Below are positions 10,388 through 19,947 of a stretch of DNA of 64,000 nt, piece after piece. The DNA is taken from the NCBI GenBank assembly GCA_001897755.1, contig MKUJ01000003.1, positions 298,370 to 362,369 on the forward strand, in the 5' to 3' direction. Made by a program: the position numbers and the translations under genes. The notes beneath the pieces are model-generated. The model was not told where the DNA came from and did no database searches. It saw only the letters and a list, made by a program, of their open reading frames with translations. The first letter of the stretch is position 1. Each line of letters begins with the position of its first letter. The DNA is from Afipia sp. 64-13. Its GTDB lineage: Bacteria; Pseudomonadota; Alphaproteobacteria; Rhizobiales; Xanthobacteraceae.

Positions 10388-11263
10388 TCAACGATCCGCC
10401 ACCAGCGCGTTCGAGCCGGAGAGATGAACCATCTGCACTCCCGCCGCGAGTTGCCGTAACCTGTCGCCAAGATCCGGGATCATGCCGGGTTGAATGCGAC
10501 TGGAAGGACCACCGCAGGTGAATGCAAGAACCTGACCATTGGGAAGGCGCAGCGGCACGCCGACCGCATTGATGTTCGGCTCCCAATCGCCGATCGTCGA
10601 GCAATAGCCGAATTTGGTGTATTCCTCGCACGCCGCTTCGATCCCCCGCTTGAGGCGCGGCCAATTCTGCGGATACGCAGCCTTGATGTCCGACAAAAGC
10701 TGCGCACGCTCGCTTTCGGAAATCGCCGCGATATAGGCCCGCCCCGACGAGGTGGTGGCGATCGGAATACAGGAGCCGACGTCCAGCGGCAGCGTGACAA
10801 CAGAGCGATTTCGCACCCGTTCGACAAAGATGATGTGGAGCATGTCGCGGGCGCCGAGCGAAACGGTGCCGCCGCTGTAGTCCGCAAGCTCCTGCATTGC
10901 CGGCCGGGCCATCTGCCTGATGCCGAGATTGGCCAGAACCGGATAGCCGAGACTCAAGACGTGCGGATGCAATCGAAACCGCCCGGTTTCGCTGCAACTG
11001 CTCAAATAGCCCAGATAACGCAGCGTGTGGGTGAGGCGCGTCACCGTGGCTTTCGCCAATCCGGTTCGCCGCGCCAATTCGAGATTCGTCAGACTATCGT
11101 CGCCGGGCTTGAAAGCACTCAGAACGCTAAGCCCTCTCGCAAGGGCCGTAATCAGATAGCGATCTTCGCCGGCAGCTTTCTTTGTCGTCGCTTTTTGCGG
11201 CGTGCGCGTGTCTTCGGCACGCGCCTTTGCCTTGCGAGATGCGGCCGGCGCACGGCCTTTCAT
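10388..11263 (-). CDS. IclR-family transcriptional regulator
   Basis: The ORF is open to 11374, but the likely start is MKGRAP... at 11263. It has a basic N-terminal tail, a wHTH (LTNLELARRTGLAKATVTRLTHTL) and an IclR effector domain. It is divergent from the enoyl-CoA hydratase operon. Confidence 0.8.
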   Translation of the reverse strand: MKGRAPAASRKAKARAEDTRTPQKATTKKAAGEDRYLITALARGLSVLSAFKPGDDSLTNLELARRTGLAKATVTRLTHTLRYLGYLSSCSETGRFRLHPHVLSLGYPVLANLGIRQMARPAMQELADYSGGTVSLGARDMLHIIFVERVRNRSVVTLPLDVGSCIPIATTSSGRAYIAAISESERAQLLSDIKAAYPQNWPRLKRGIEAACEEYTKFGYCSTIGDWEPNINAVGVPLRLPNGQVLAFTCGGPSSRIQPGMIPDLGDRLRQLAAGVQMVHLSGSNALVADR

Positions 11264-11420
11264 CTCAACGGGTGTTCGCTGCAAATCTTCGCGCTGTTTC
11301 CTCACCCTCGACCACGCAAGCTGGTTCTTCTTGCCAGGAACTATGACAGCCCCTAGATTTGCGGTCAACAACAATAAAACTAAGTTTCATCTAGTGAAAC
11401 TACGAGGGAGGACGCCGGTC

Positions 11421-12191
11421 ATGCAACCCGTCTTGGTCGAGAAACCCGCGCCGGGAATTACGCTTCTGCGCATCAATCGCCCGCAGGCCCGCAACGCGCT
11501 CAATCTCGAAGTCCGGCGTTTGATGGCGTCACAGATCGCGACATTCAATGCCGATGCCGACATGCGATGTCTGGTCCTCACGGGCAGCGAGCAGGTTTTC
11601 GCCGCCGGCGCGGACATTGCCGAAATGGCCGATGCCGGGCCGATCGACATGATGGAGCGCGCGCCGCATCTTCTCTGGCAGGCGCTCGCCGCGTGTCCGA
11701 AACCCATCATTGCCGCCGTCAACGGATTTGCGCTCGGCGGCGGATGCGAGCTCGCGATGCACGCCGATATCATTATCGCAGGCGAAAGCGCCCGCTTCGG
11801 ACAACCCGAGGTCAAAATCGGCATCATTCCCGGCGGCGGCGGAACGCAACGCCTGATCCGGGCCATCGGCAAGTACAAGGCGATGCGCCTGATGCTGACG
11901 GGCGAATTCATCAGCGCCGGCGAAGCCGACGTCATGGGCATGGTGAGCCTTGTCGTTCCCGACAAGGAAACCGAGCCGCGCGCGATCGAGATGGCGAGCC
12001 GCATCGCCTCGATGCCGCAACTGGCTGTTCGGATGATCAAGGAGGTCACGCTGGCGGGCGCGGACGTCGCGCTCGATGCCGGGCTTCAACTCGAACGCCG
12101 AGCCCTGCATGTCCTTTTCGCTTCGCAGGACAAGAGCGAAGGCATGCGCGCCTTCCTCGAAAAACGCGCGCCTCACTTCACAGGAAGGTAA
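11421..12191 (+). CDS. Enoyl-CoA hydratase (crotonase family)
   Basis: ATG at 11421 is preceded by GAGGGAGG. The protein reads MQPVLVEKPAPGITLLRINRPQARNALN..., with the FAAGADI and GGGCELAM crotonase motifs. The track ORF from 11202 is an upstream extension. Confidence 0.9.
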   Translation: MQPVLVEKPAPGITLLRINRPQARNALNLEVRRLMASQIATFNADADMRCLVLTGSEQVFAAGADIAEMADAGPIDMMERAPHLLWQALAACPKPIIAAVNGFALGGGCELAMHADIIIAGESARFGQPEVKIGIIPGGGGTQRLIRAIGKYKAMRLMLTGEFISAGEADVMGMVSLVVPDKETEPRAIEMASRIASMPQLAVRMIKEVTLAGADVALDAGLQLERRALHVLFASQDKSEGMRAFLEKRAPHFTGR

Positions 12192-13723
12192 TGACCATGA
12201 CATCGCTCGTTGAAAAACCGGATCTCGTCGTCGGCGTGGTCGGCACCGGCACGATGGGACGCGGCATCATCCAGGTGACCGCCGCCGGCGGCATTCCCGT
12301 GATGATTTACGATTCCAAGACCGGCGCCGCGGAAGACGCCCGGACATTTGTCTCCACGATGCTGCAACGCCTTGCCGAAAAGCAGAAAATGACGCCGGAC
12401 GACGCGAAGGCGGCCACGGACCGCATCACCATTGCGAAGGAATTGAAAGACCTTGCCGCGTGCGACATCATCGTCGAAGTCATCGTCGAAAAACTCGACG
12501 CCAAGCAGGCCCTGTTTGGCGAGCTGGAAAAGATCGTGCGACCGGACGCCATTCTGGCAAGCAACACGTCCTCGCTGTCGATCACATCGATCGCGTCGCG
12601 TTGCCAGCATCCGGAACGAATCGGCGGGCTGCACTTCTTCAATCCCGTGCCGCTGATGAAACTGGTCGAAGTGATCGGCGGCGCACGCACCGCGCCGTGG
12701 GTTATCGAAAACCTGACAAATCTCGGAAAGCGCATGACGCGGCAGCCGGTCGTCGTCGCCGACAGTCCCGGATTCCTCGTCAATCACATCGGCCGGGCGT
12801 TCGTACCGGAATCGCTGCGCATCCTTGACGAAGGCATCGCGTCGCCGTCGCAGATCGACGACATCATGAGAGACGCCGCGGGATTCCGCATGGGGCCGTT
12901 CCAGTTGTTCGACATGGTCGGCGCCGACGTGGCGCATCCGGTGATGGAGTCGCTTTACGACCAGTTCTACCAGGAGCCGATGTATCGCCCGTCGCCGACC
13001 GCACGGCGGCTGGTCGAGGCCGGAATGCTCGGACGAAAGACCGGCGCCGGATTCTATCGCTACCAGGACGGGAATGCCGACGTTCCTGCAGAGCCGGCAA
13101 GACCGGCGCCCGGCGAGAAGGTTGCGGTCTGGCTCGGCGGCATGGATCAGAATTCCGCCTCGACGCTGCGAACACTGCTGACCAACGCCACGATCGAGAG
13201 CGGGGAAAAGCCCAGCGACACGGCGCTGTGCGTGATCGCGCCGATCGGCAAGGATCTGGCGAGCGCCATCGCATCGGAGCAACTCGATCCGTCCCGCACC
13301 ATCGCCATCGATCCCTTGTTCGGGCTCGACAAGCGATGCACGATCATGACAAGCCCCGCGACGACGCCTCGCTATCGCGAGGCGGCGTTGGCCATGTTCG
13401 ATGCCGGTCATCCCGTCACCGTGATCAACGACAGCCCCGGTTTTGTGGCGCAGCGCATCGCGGCGATGATCGTCAATGTCGGCTGCACCATCGCCCAGCT
13501 TGGCATCTCTCCGCCGGCCGATATCGATCTCGGCGCCAGGCTGGGTCTGGGTTATGCGCTTGGCCCGCTGGAACTGGGCGACAGACTCGGCCCGGGCCGC
13601 GTGCTCACGATTCTCGATGCACTTTATGCATTTTATCATGAGCCCCGCTATCGGGCGAGCCCGTGGCTGCGGCGCCGTGCCAACCTCGGTCTGTCCCTTC
13701 GCGCTCCGGAGCAAATGGCATGA
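12191..13723 (+). CDS. 3-hydroxyacyl-CoA dehydrogenase, long form with duplicated C-terminal domain
   Basis: The start overlaps the previous stop (TAATG). It has the Rossmann motif VVGTGTMGRGI, the NTSSLSIT and HFFNPVP motifs, and an extra C-terminal repeat. Confidence 0.9.
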   Translation: MTMTSLVEKPDLVVGVVGTGTMGRGIIQVTAAGGIPVMIYDSKTGAAEDARTFVSTMLQRLAEKQKMTPDDAKAATDRITIAKELKDLAACDIIVEVIVEKLDAKQALFGELEKIVRPDAILASNTSSLSITSIASRCQHPERIGGLHFFNPVPLMKLVEVIGGARTAPWVIENLTNLGKRMTRQPVVVADSPGFLVNHIGRAFVPESLRILDEGIASPSQIDDIMRDAAGFRMGPFQLFDMVGADVAHPVMESLYDQFYQEPMYRPSPTARRLVEAGMLGRKTGAGFYRYQDGNADVPAEPARPAPGEKVAVWLGGMDQNSASTLRTLLTNATIESGEKPSDTALCVIAPIGKDLASAIASEQLDPSRTIAIDPLFGLDKRCTIMTSPATTPRYREAALAMFDAGHPVTVINDSPGFVAQRIAAMIVNVGCTIAQLGISPPADIDLGARLGLGYALGPLELGDRLGPGRVLTILDALYAFYHEPRYRASPWLRRRANLGLSLRAPEQMA

Positions 13724-14442
13724 GCGAAGAGGCCATCGTCGTCACCGGGGCCAGCCGCGGGATCGGCCTTGCTCTCGTCGAACAGCTAGCCGCTCACCGC
13801 CACAAGATCATCGCCATCTCGAGAAGCGCGCCCGAACAGCCGCTGCCCGCCGAGTTCGTTTCGATCGACCTCGCCGACGCGGCATCCGCCCGCGACAAAT
13901 TAGGCGAGATCGCCTCGCACTATAAGGTGACGCGCCTCGTCAACAACGCCGGCGCGCCGTATCCCGAGCTTCTGGACGACGTCACGCTTGAGAATTATCA
14001 GGCCGCGATGGACATCAATCTTCGGGCCGCGCTGTTGTGCACGCAGGCATTCCTTCCGACGATGCGCGAGTCCGGCTTCGGCCGCATCGTCAACATTTCC
14101 AGCCGCGCGGCGCTGGGAAAAGAAAGACGCGCCTCTTACGGCGCGGCAAAAGCCGGCCTCATCGGTTTCACCCGCACCTGCGCTCTCGAGCTGGCATCCG
14201 CGGGCATCACGGTGAATGCCGTCGCGCCCGGCCCCATCGCGACCGAGCTTTATCTGCGCAACAACCCGAGCGATGAAAAATCCATGAAGGCCGTTGCGTC
14301 GCGCATTCCCATGCAACGCCTCGGACGACCCGACGAGGTCGCCGCGGCGATATCGTTTTTCCTGAGCGATGCCGCTTCCTACGTCACCGGCCAGGTGCTG
14401 TACGTCTGCGGCGGCACCAGCGTCGGGGTCGCGCCTCTATGA
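13720..14442 (+). CDS. Short-chain dehydrogenase/reductase
   Basis: ATGA overlap with the upstream gene. It has the TGASRGIG and NNAG motifs and the S...YGAAK catalytic motif. Confidence 0.85.
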   Translation: MSEEAIVVTGASRGIGLALVEQLAAHRHKIIAISRSAPEQPLPAEFVSIDLADAASARDKLGEIASHYKVTRLVNNAGAPYPELLDDVTLENYQAAMDINLRAALLCTQAFLPTMRESGFGRIVNISSRAALGKERRASYGAAKAGLIGFTRTCALELASAGITVNAVAPGPIATELYLRNNPSDEKSMKAVASRIPMQRLGRPDEVAAAISFFLSDAASYVTGQVLYVCGGTSVGVAPL

Positions 14443-16556
14443 GCGAACATTCCGAGAGATTTGACGCGCTCTTCCAGCCGCGCGGCATCGCGGTGATCGG
14501 CGCATCGGCGGATTTGACCCGCATCGGAGGTCAGCCGATCCAGGCCCTGCTGGCCGCGGGATATGCAGGGCGCGTCTATCCGGTCAATCCGAAATACGAG
14601 GCGATCGCCGGCATTCCCTGCGTCGCCGATATCGCGAACATCGACGGGCCCTGCGATCTCGCCATCGTAGCGGTTCGCGCCGACCTGGCGGCAGACGCCA
14701 TTATCAAATGCGGAGCCAAGGGAATCAAATTCGCGATCGTCCTCAGCGGCGGCTTCAGGGAAATCGGCGGCAACGGCAAGGCTCTGGAGGAAACGCTCAT
14801 AGCCGCGGGCCGCAAGGCCGGTGTCCGGATCATCGGCCCGAACTGCCAGGGGATGCTCGCCGTCCACGACAGGGTCTTCGCCGTCTTCGGCTCCATCGCG
14901 GGCGAGATCGGCCTGCGCGCCGGCAATGTGTCGCTGTGTTTTCAAAGCGGCGGCGTGGGTTTTGCCATCGCAACGCTGTGCGATTCTCTCGGCATCGGCA
15001 TTCGCCATTGCGTTTCCACCGGCAACGAGGCCGATGTCAAAGCACCTGAGCTGATTGAGGCGCTTCTCGAAGATCCCAAGACAGCGATGGTCGGGACCTA
15101 TCTCGAAGGCGTGGCGGACGGCCGCGCGCTGATGGCCGCCGGCGACAAGGCCATGCGACTCGGCAAGCCTCTTTTGCTCTGGAAAGGCGGCAAAAGCGAA
15201 ACCGGCGCAAAAGCCGCCGCGTCGCACACGGCTCAATTGACCGGAAGCTACGACATCTTCCGGGCTGCATGCCGGCAGGCAGGCATTATCGAGGTCGAGG
15301 ATTCCGAGGAAATGGCCGATCTCATTCGCGCCTTCTCCGCCGGACGCCTGCCGGACGGCCGCAGCGTGGGCGTGATCGGCATTTCGGGGGGCATGGGAAT
15401 TGTCTTCGCCGACGCCGCCATCGCGCACGGGCTCGAACTTCCCGCCTTCAGCGACACGACCGTCGAAACGTTGACGCGCATCATCCCGAGCTTCGGCTCC
15501 TCGGCCAATCCGGCGGACGTCACCGCTTCCGTCTTCAACGACACCGCCATTCTGACGCAGGCCATTCAGGCTATTCTGGACGATCCGGGCATTCACCAGC
15601 TTTGCCTGCTGCTGGCTTCCGTGCCAGATCCTATCGCCACCCAGAACGCCGAGGTCGTGATCGCGGCGGCGACCCGCAGCTCCAAGCCTATCCTGATCGG
15701 CTGGTCGCTCAAACGTCAGCGCGCGGAAAACGCCTATGCCCTGTTCGAGGCAGCAGGCATCCCGATCTTTCACACGCCCGGCCGCACCGCGCGCGCCGCC
15801 GCAGGTCTTGCACGATATGCCGGTATGAAGGCCTCGCACCGGCCAACGCCGACAGCAATTCAAAGCCGGACGCCGGTTCAGCAATTGAAAGCAGGGGTCG
15901 CACTCGACGAGGAATCGAGCAAACAGCTGCTCGCATCGTATGGCGTGCAGGCGCCGCGCGAGGTGCTGGTCCGACCCGATCAGAAATTGGCGGACCGCAT
16001 CGCCGGTCTGGACTATCCGATGGTGGTGAAAATCGTCTCGGAAGACATTCCGCACAAGACCGAAGCGGGAGGCGTTATTCTCAATCTTCCCGATCTGCGA
16101 GCGGTCGAACTTGCGGCCGCACGTGTCGTAGCCAATGCCGAAAATTACAAGCCGCTGGCGAGGATCGGCGGCGTACTGATTTCTGAAATGATCGCCGACG
16201 CCATCGAAATGATTGTCGGGACCGTCAATGACGACGCCTTCGGACCGGTGATCGTTGTCGGATTCGGCGGAATATTCGCGGAGATTCTCAAGGACGTGGC
16301 TTACAGGGTCGCGCCATGCGATGCGGCCACTGCCCGGCAGATGCTGGAAGACCTGCAAGGATACGCCGTGCTCAACGGCGCGCGGGGAAGACCGATGGCT
16401 GACGTGGACGCACTGGTGTCTGCGATCGTCGCGGTTTCGAATCTTGCCTGGGACTTGCGAGACCAGATCAAGGAGATGGACATCAATCCCCTGCTCGTTC
16501 GGCCCAAGGGCAAGGGTGTGCTGGCCGCCGACGCACTGATCGTTCCTGTCGGATAG
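14439..16556 (+). CDS. ADP-forming acyl-CoA synthetase (CoA-binding + succinyl-CoA-synthetase-like + ATP-grasp domains)
   Basis: 705 aa. The N-terminal CoA-binding domain (IAVIGAS...) and the C-terminal ATP-grasp segment (YPMVVKIVSEDIPHKTEAGGV) are both present. There is an ATGA overlap with the SDR gene. The 755-aa reverse ORF 14379..16646 is a low-complexity shadow. Confidence 0.85.
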   Translation: MSEHSERFDALFQPRGIAVIGASADLTRIGGQPIQALLAAGYAGRVYPVNPKYEAIAGIPCVADIANIDGPCDLAIVAVRADLAADAIIKCGAKGIKFAIVLSGGFREIGGNGKALEETLIAAGRKAGVRIIGPNCQGMLAVHDRVFAVFGSIAGEIGLRAGNVSLCFQSGGVGFAIATLCDSLGIGIRHCVSTGNEADVKAPELIEALLEDPKTAMVGTYLEGVADGRALMAAGDKAMRLGKPLLLWKGGKSETGAKAAASHTAQLTGSYDIFRAACRQAGIIEVEDSEEMADLIRAFSAGRLPDGRSVGVIGISGGMGIVFADAAIAHGLELPAFSDTTVETLTRIIPSFGSSANPADVTASVFNDTAILTQAIQAILDDPGIHQLCLLLASVPDPIATQNAEVVIAAATRSSKPILIGWSLKRQRAENAYALFEAAGIPIFHTPGRTARAAAGLARYAGMKASHRPTPTAIQSRTPVQQLKAGVALDEESSKQLLASYGVQAPREVLVRPDQKLADRIAGLDYPMVVKIVSEDIPHKTEAGGVILNLPDLRAVELAAARVVANAENYKPLARIGGVLISEMIADAIEMIVGTVNDDAFGPVIVVGFGGIFAEILKDVAYRVAPCDAATARQMLEDLQGYAVLNGARGRPMADVDALVSAIVAVSNLAWDLRDQIKEMDINPLLVRPKGKGVLAADALIVPVG

Positions 16557-16721
16557 CCTGGAATTGCCGTATCGCCATCCCGGCGCCGACGCGCGGCCTT
16601 CGCATGAAGACAAGCGTCCCCGGACGCCGCGCGATCGCAATATCACGCTGGCGGCGCGCCGAGTCGCGAGCGAGCAGCTTTAGCCGGGACCGTCTCAAGC
16701 CCGGTATCGGGTCGTAAAGTC

Positions 16722-17021
16722 TTAGTGACCCAATGACCACCGCCGCTCGATCGGCGTCGGCGTCTTGCGACCCGCGCAGAGCGCACAACCGCAGCCGGCA
16801 AGATGCTTGCGGGAAACCACCCGCGGCTCCGACGCCGTCTTCTCCGAGCGGGAAAGCGCCCGGCGCAGTCCCGACGTCATCGTGCTGAGGTGCGGCGTCG
16901 CCATCATCCGTGCCGCCTCGGCCGCACAGCTCGGGCAGCACATCGCCTTCTCCGCGTCCGACATCTCGGCCCACTCATCGAAGGGGCCGCATTCCTCGCA
17001 GGCGTAGCTGTAAAGGGGCAT
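16722..17021 (-). CDS. fmdB: FmdB-family zinc-ribbon putative regulatory protein
   Basis: 99 aa starting MPLYSYACEECG...CPSC (the CxxC...CxxC FmdB signature). It sits downstream of the formamidase and AmiS genes. Confidence 0.75.
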   Translation of the reverse strand: MPLYSYACEECGPFDEWAEMSDAEKAMCCPSCAAEAARMMATPHLSTMTSGLRRALSRSEKTASEPRVVSRKHLAGCGCALCAGRKTPTPIERRWSLGH

Positions 17022-17030
17022 TCGATCCTC

Positions 17031-17543
17031 CTAGATCTTTCCTTCGAGCATCAGCAGGCCGGGCAACCATCCGGTGAAAATGCCGACCAGCAGCGTCGCC
17101 ACACCCGTTGCAGGCAGGATCGGACGCTTCAGCGCCAGCAGCAGGAAATACATGAACCAGAGCACCGCCCACGCGGTCCAGTTGAACGCCATCCAGAGGC
17201 CCGCGACATCCGCCGACACCTTGAACGCGCCGATCGCCACCGGCACGACCGTGATCGCCACGAACAGGCTGAACCAGCCAAGGCCGCGCCCATCCACGGT
17301 GACCACCCGGTTGTAGGCGACCCAGAGATAGGTCGTCGTAAACAGCAGCGTCAGCGCCGCGCCGCGCACCGAGCCTGCATCCGCTCCTGGCCCGAACGCG
17401 GAGTAGAGCGCAACACACAGCGTGATGAAGCCCGACACCACGTTGATGAAAGTAATCTCGCGGTCCTCGATCTTCCCGAGCAGCCACAGGCCGTTCAGGG
17501 TCAGAACCGCGCCGACATAAAGTAACGCCAATCCGAGAAGCAT
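17031..17543 (-). CDS. amiS: AmiS/UreI-family amide/urea channel
   Basis: 170 aa with six hydrophobic helices and an AmiS/UreI-like N-terminus (MLLGLALLYVGAVLTLNGLWLLGKI). Confidence 0.8.
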   Translation of the reverse strand: MLLGLALLYVGAVLTLNGLWLLGKIEDREITFINVVSGFITLCVALYSAFGPGADAGSVRGAALTLLFTTTYLWVAYNRVVTVDGRGLGWFSLFVAITVVPVAIGAFKVSADVAGLWMAFNWTAWAVLWFMYFLLLALKRPILPATGVATLLVGIFTGWLPGLLMLEGKI

Positions 17544-17739
17544 CGCCCGTCCTCCGCCAGCACCGGCCGGCCCGGCCGCGTGACCGGGCCTTCCGCATGC
17601 ATCCGTTGATCGACAGAGCGTTTCCCGCGAAGCATGTCCTCGGGCTTGACCGAGGACAGAAGCCGGTTCGCATCAGGAAAACGCGCCAAAGTGAAAGTCA
17701 GGAGTCCTTCACCGTGATCCGGAGAAGGACTCCGGGCGA

Positions 17740-18966
17740 TCAGCTCGCTCTTGCGACATCCACCCCGCTCACCTGCTTGGTCGGGCCGGTGGAGGACGGG
17801 TTGATGTCGAACTCGAAGATCTTGGTCGGGATCGCCACGGTGGCGCAGACGTTCGGGATATCGACGATGCCGGCGATGCGCCCTTCCACCGGCGCGGTGC
17901 CGAGGATCGAGTAGGCCTGCTCGCCCGAGTAGCCGAACTTCTTCAGATACTCGATGGCATTGAGACAGGCGCGGCGATAGGCGACATGAGCGTCGAGGTA
18001 GTACTGCTCGCCGGTATGCTCGTCGACCGAGATGCCCTCGAAGATCAGATAGTCGTCAAAATGCGGATCGATCGGGCTCGGCTTGAAGATCGGGTTGATG
18101 ACGCCGTACTTCGCCATACCGCCCTTGATCAGGCCGACGCCGATGTCGATCCAGCCCGCCATCTCGATGGCGCCGCAGAAGGTGATCTCGCCGTCGCCCT
18201 GCGAGAAGTGGATGTCGCCCATCGAAAGGCCGCCACCCTTCACATAGACCGGGAAGTAGCAGCGCGAGCCGCGCGACAGGTTCTTAATGTCGCAGTTGCC
18301 GCCATGCTCGCGCGGCGGCACCGTGCGCCAGCCTTCCTTGGCCGCCTTGTCGCGCGCGCCACCGGACATCTGACCCATCAGCGCGGTATCGGCATAAGGC
18401 AATGCCGCAAGCGGCGGCACGCGGTTGGGATCGGTCGCGACCAGCGCGGCCTCGCGGCGGTTGGCTTCGGCGAGCAACTTATGGTCCGGCAGACAGCCGA
18501 TCAGGCCGGGATGGACGAGGCCGGGGAAACGCACCTTCGGGATGTGCCGCGAGGTGGTGTAGACACCGTGGAAATCCCAGCACGTCTTGACCGCATGAGG
18601 ATAGTGCTCCGTCAGGAATCCGCCGCCGTTTTTCTTGTCGAACAGGCCGTTGAAACCCCATTCCGAGCCCTCGATCGGGCCGATGTCGAGGATGTCCACG
18701 ACCATCAGATCGCCCGGCTCGGCTCCTTCCACGCCGAAGGGGCCGCTGAGATAGTGCACCTTGGTCAGGTCAACATCGCGAACATCGTTGGCGCTGTCAT
18801 TGTTTTTGATCTGGCCGCCGGTCCAGTCGTAGCATTCCACCCGAAATTCCGAACCCGGCTTGAAGGTCTCCACCATCGGAATATCGGGATGCCAGCGGTT
18901 GTGGGTCTTGACGGACTGATTTTCCGGAGCGCCGTTGATGTCGATCTTGAATACAGTCTTGGCCAT
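17740..18966 (-). CDS. fmdA: Formamidase (acetamidase/formamidase family)
   Basis: 408 aa of FmdA-like sequence and length. Motifs include ...HNRWHPDIP... and ...GGNCDIKNLSRGSR...HFSQGDGEITFCGAIEM. Confidence 0.9.
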   Translation of the reverse strand: MAKTVFKIDINGAPENQSVKTHNRWHPDIPMVETFKPGSEFRVECYDWTGGQIKNNDSANDVRDVDLTKVHYLSGPFGVEGAEPGDLMVVDILDIGPIEGSEWGFNGLFDKKNGGGFLTEHYPHAVKTCWDFHGVYTTSRHIPKVRFPGLVHPGLIGCLPDHKLLAEANRREAALVATDPNRVPPLAALPYADTALMGQMSGGARDKAAKEGWRTVPPREHGGNCDIKNLSRGSRCYFPVYVKGGGLSMGDIHFSQGDGEITFCGAIEMAGWIDIGVGLIKGGMAKYGVINPIFKPSPIDPHFDDYLIFEGISVDEHTGEQYYLDAHVAYRRACLNAIEYLKKFGYSGEQAYSILGTAPVEGRIAGIVDIPNVCATVAIPTKIFEFDINPSSTGPTKQVSGVDVARAS

Positions 18967-19215
18967 GTGCGTCCTCCTGTGCCGAGCTCGGCGTTATTGT
19001 TTCGCTGACAGCGCGCCCGCAAATCCTGCGAGGACGCATGTGCGCTTGATGGGAGGCTAGGACGCGGATGTAAGCGGCTTGTGATCGGAACAATGCGGCT
19101 ATGTAATTTTTTGTAATGGGAACCTGTGCCACAGCCCCAAGGACAGGAAAATCCGGCTATGATCCCTGCGATGGATGGATCGGTGGCGTGAAACCCCGCG
19201 AGCGAGGGGAGTGCC

Positions 19216-19947
19216 GTGCAAAATCAGCGTATTCTGATGGTGGATGACGATCCGCGGCTATGCGGGTTCGTCACCAAATTCCTCGCCCGGGAGGGTTACG
19301 CCGCCGAATTCGTATTCGACGGCCATGCCATGCAGCAGGCATTGGCGAATGTTCCGTTCGATCTCATCATCCTCGACCTGACATTTCCGAACGGCGAGGA
19401 CGGCATCACCCTCGCGCGCACCATCCGCAACCGCTATGACACGCCGCTGGTCATGCTGTCGGGGCGGCACGACACCCTGGACAAGGTGATCTGCCTCGAG
19501 ATCGGCGCCGACGATTATCTCACCAAGCCGTTCGAGCCGCGCGAATTGCTGGCGCGCATCCGTACCGTACTGCGCCGTACCAAATCCGCGCCGCCGGGCA
19601 AACCGTCCGCCGCTCGTTCCGACAGCGAGGTCATTCTGTTCGCAGGCTGGCGCTTCGATCTGTCCCGCCGCGAGTTGTGGTCGCCGGACGCGCGCAGCGT
19701 GGTCCTGACCAGCCAGGAATTTCATCTCCTCGCCGCGCTGGTGCAGCGCGCCGGGCGGGTGCTGACGCGCGATCAGATTCTGGACCTGATCGCCAACCGG
19801 CAATGGACGCCCTTCGACCGCAGCATCGACGTGCTGATCGGCAAGCTCCGCCGCAAGCTTAATGACAGCAGTCGCGGCAGCCAGATGATCAAGACGGTTC
19901 GCGGGGCCGGTTACGTCTTCACGCTCTCTCCGGAATCGTCGCATTGA
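19216..19947 (+). CDS. OmpR-family response regulator
   Basis: GTG start. The receiver domain (ILMVDDD...DLIILDL...) is followed by a winged-helix output domain (...TVRGAGYVF). Confidence 0.9.
   Translation: MQNQRILMVDDDPRLCGFVTKFLAREGYAAEFVFDGHAMQQALANVPFDLIILDLTFPNGEDGITLARTIRNRYDTPLVMLSGRHDTLDKVICLEIGADDYLTKPFEPRELLARIRTVLRRTKSAPPGKPSAARSDSEVILFAGWRFDLSRRELWSPDARSVVLTSQEFHLLAALVQRAGRVLTRDQILDLIANRQWTPFDRSIDVLIGKLRRKLNDSSRGSQMIKTVRGAGYVFTLSPESSH

Noticed and set aside
14379-16646. 755-aa reverse-strand ORF, the longest of many long ORFs lying opposite well-supported genes. Others are 8063..9424 +, 12173..13714 -, 17986..19008 +, 19258..20118 -, 20433..21524 +, 22657..23829 +, 25172..26296 + and 44933..46453 +.
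   Set aside because: Their translations are Arg/Gly/Asp/His-rich low-complexity strings with no motifs. The opposite strand carries clear family signatures in every case. This is the usual stop-codon-poor antisense frame of high-GC DNA.
16557-16721. Possible small gene or regulatory RNA between the acyl-CoA synthetase and fmdB.
   Set aside because: I could find only GC-rich sequence with no ORF that has a plausible start or SD, and no conserved-looking structure.
19118-19131. A sigma-54-like TGGCAC element on the minus strand upstream of fmdA (tggcacaggttccc).
   Set aside because: The -24 GG is present, but the -12 TTGC/GC element at the required spacing is absent (CCCA instead). A one-hexamer match is not enough to call it.
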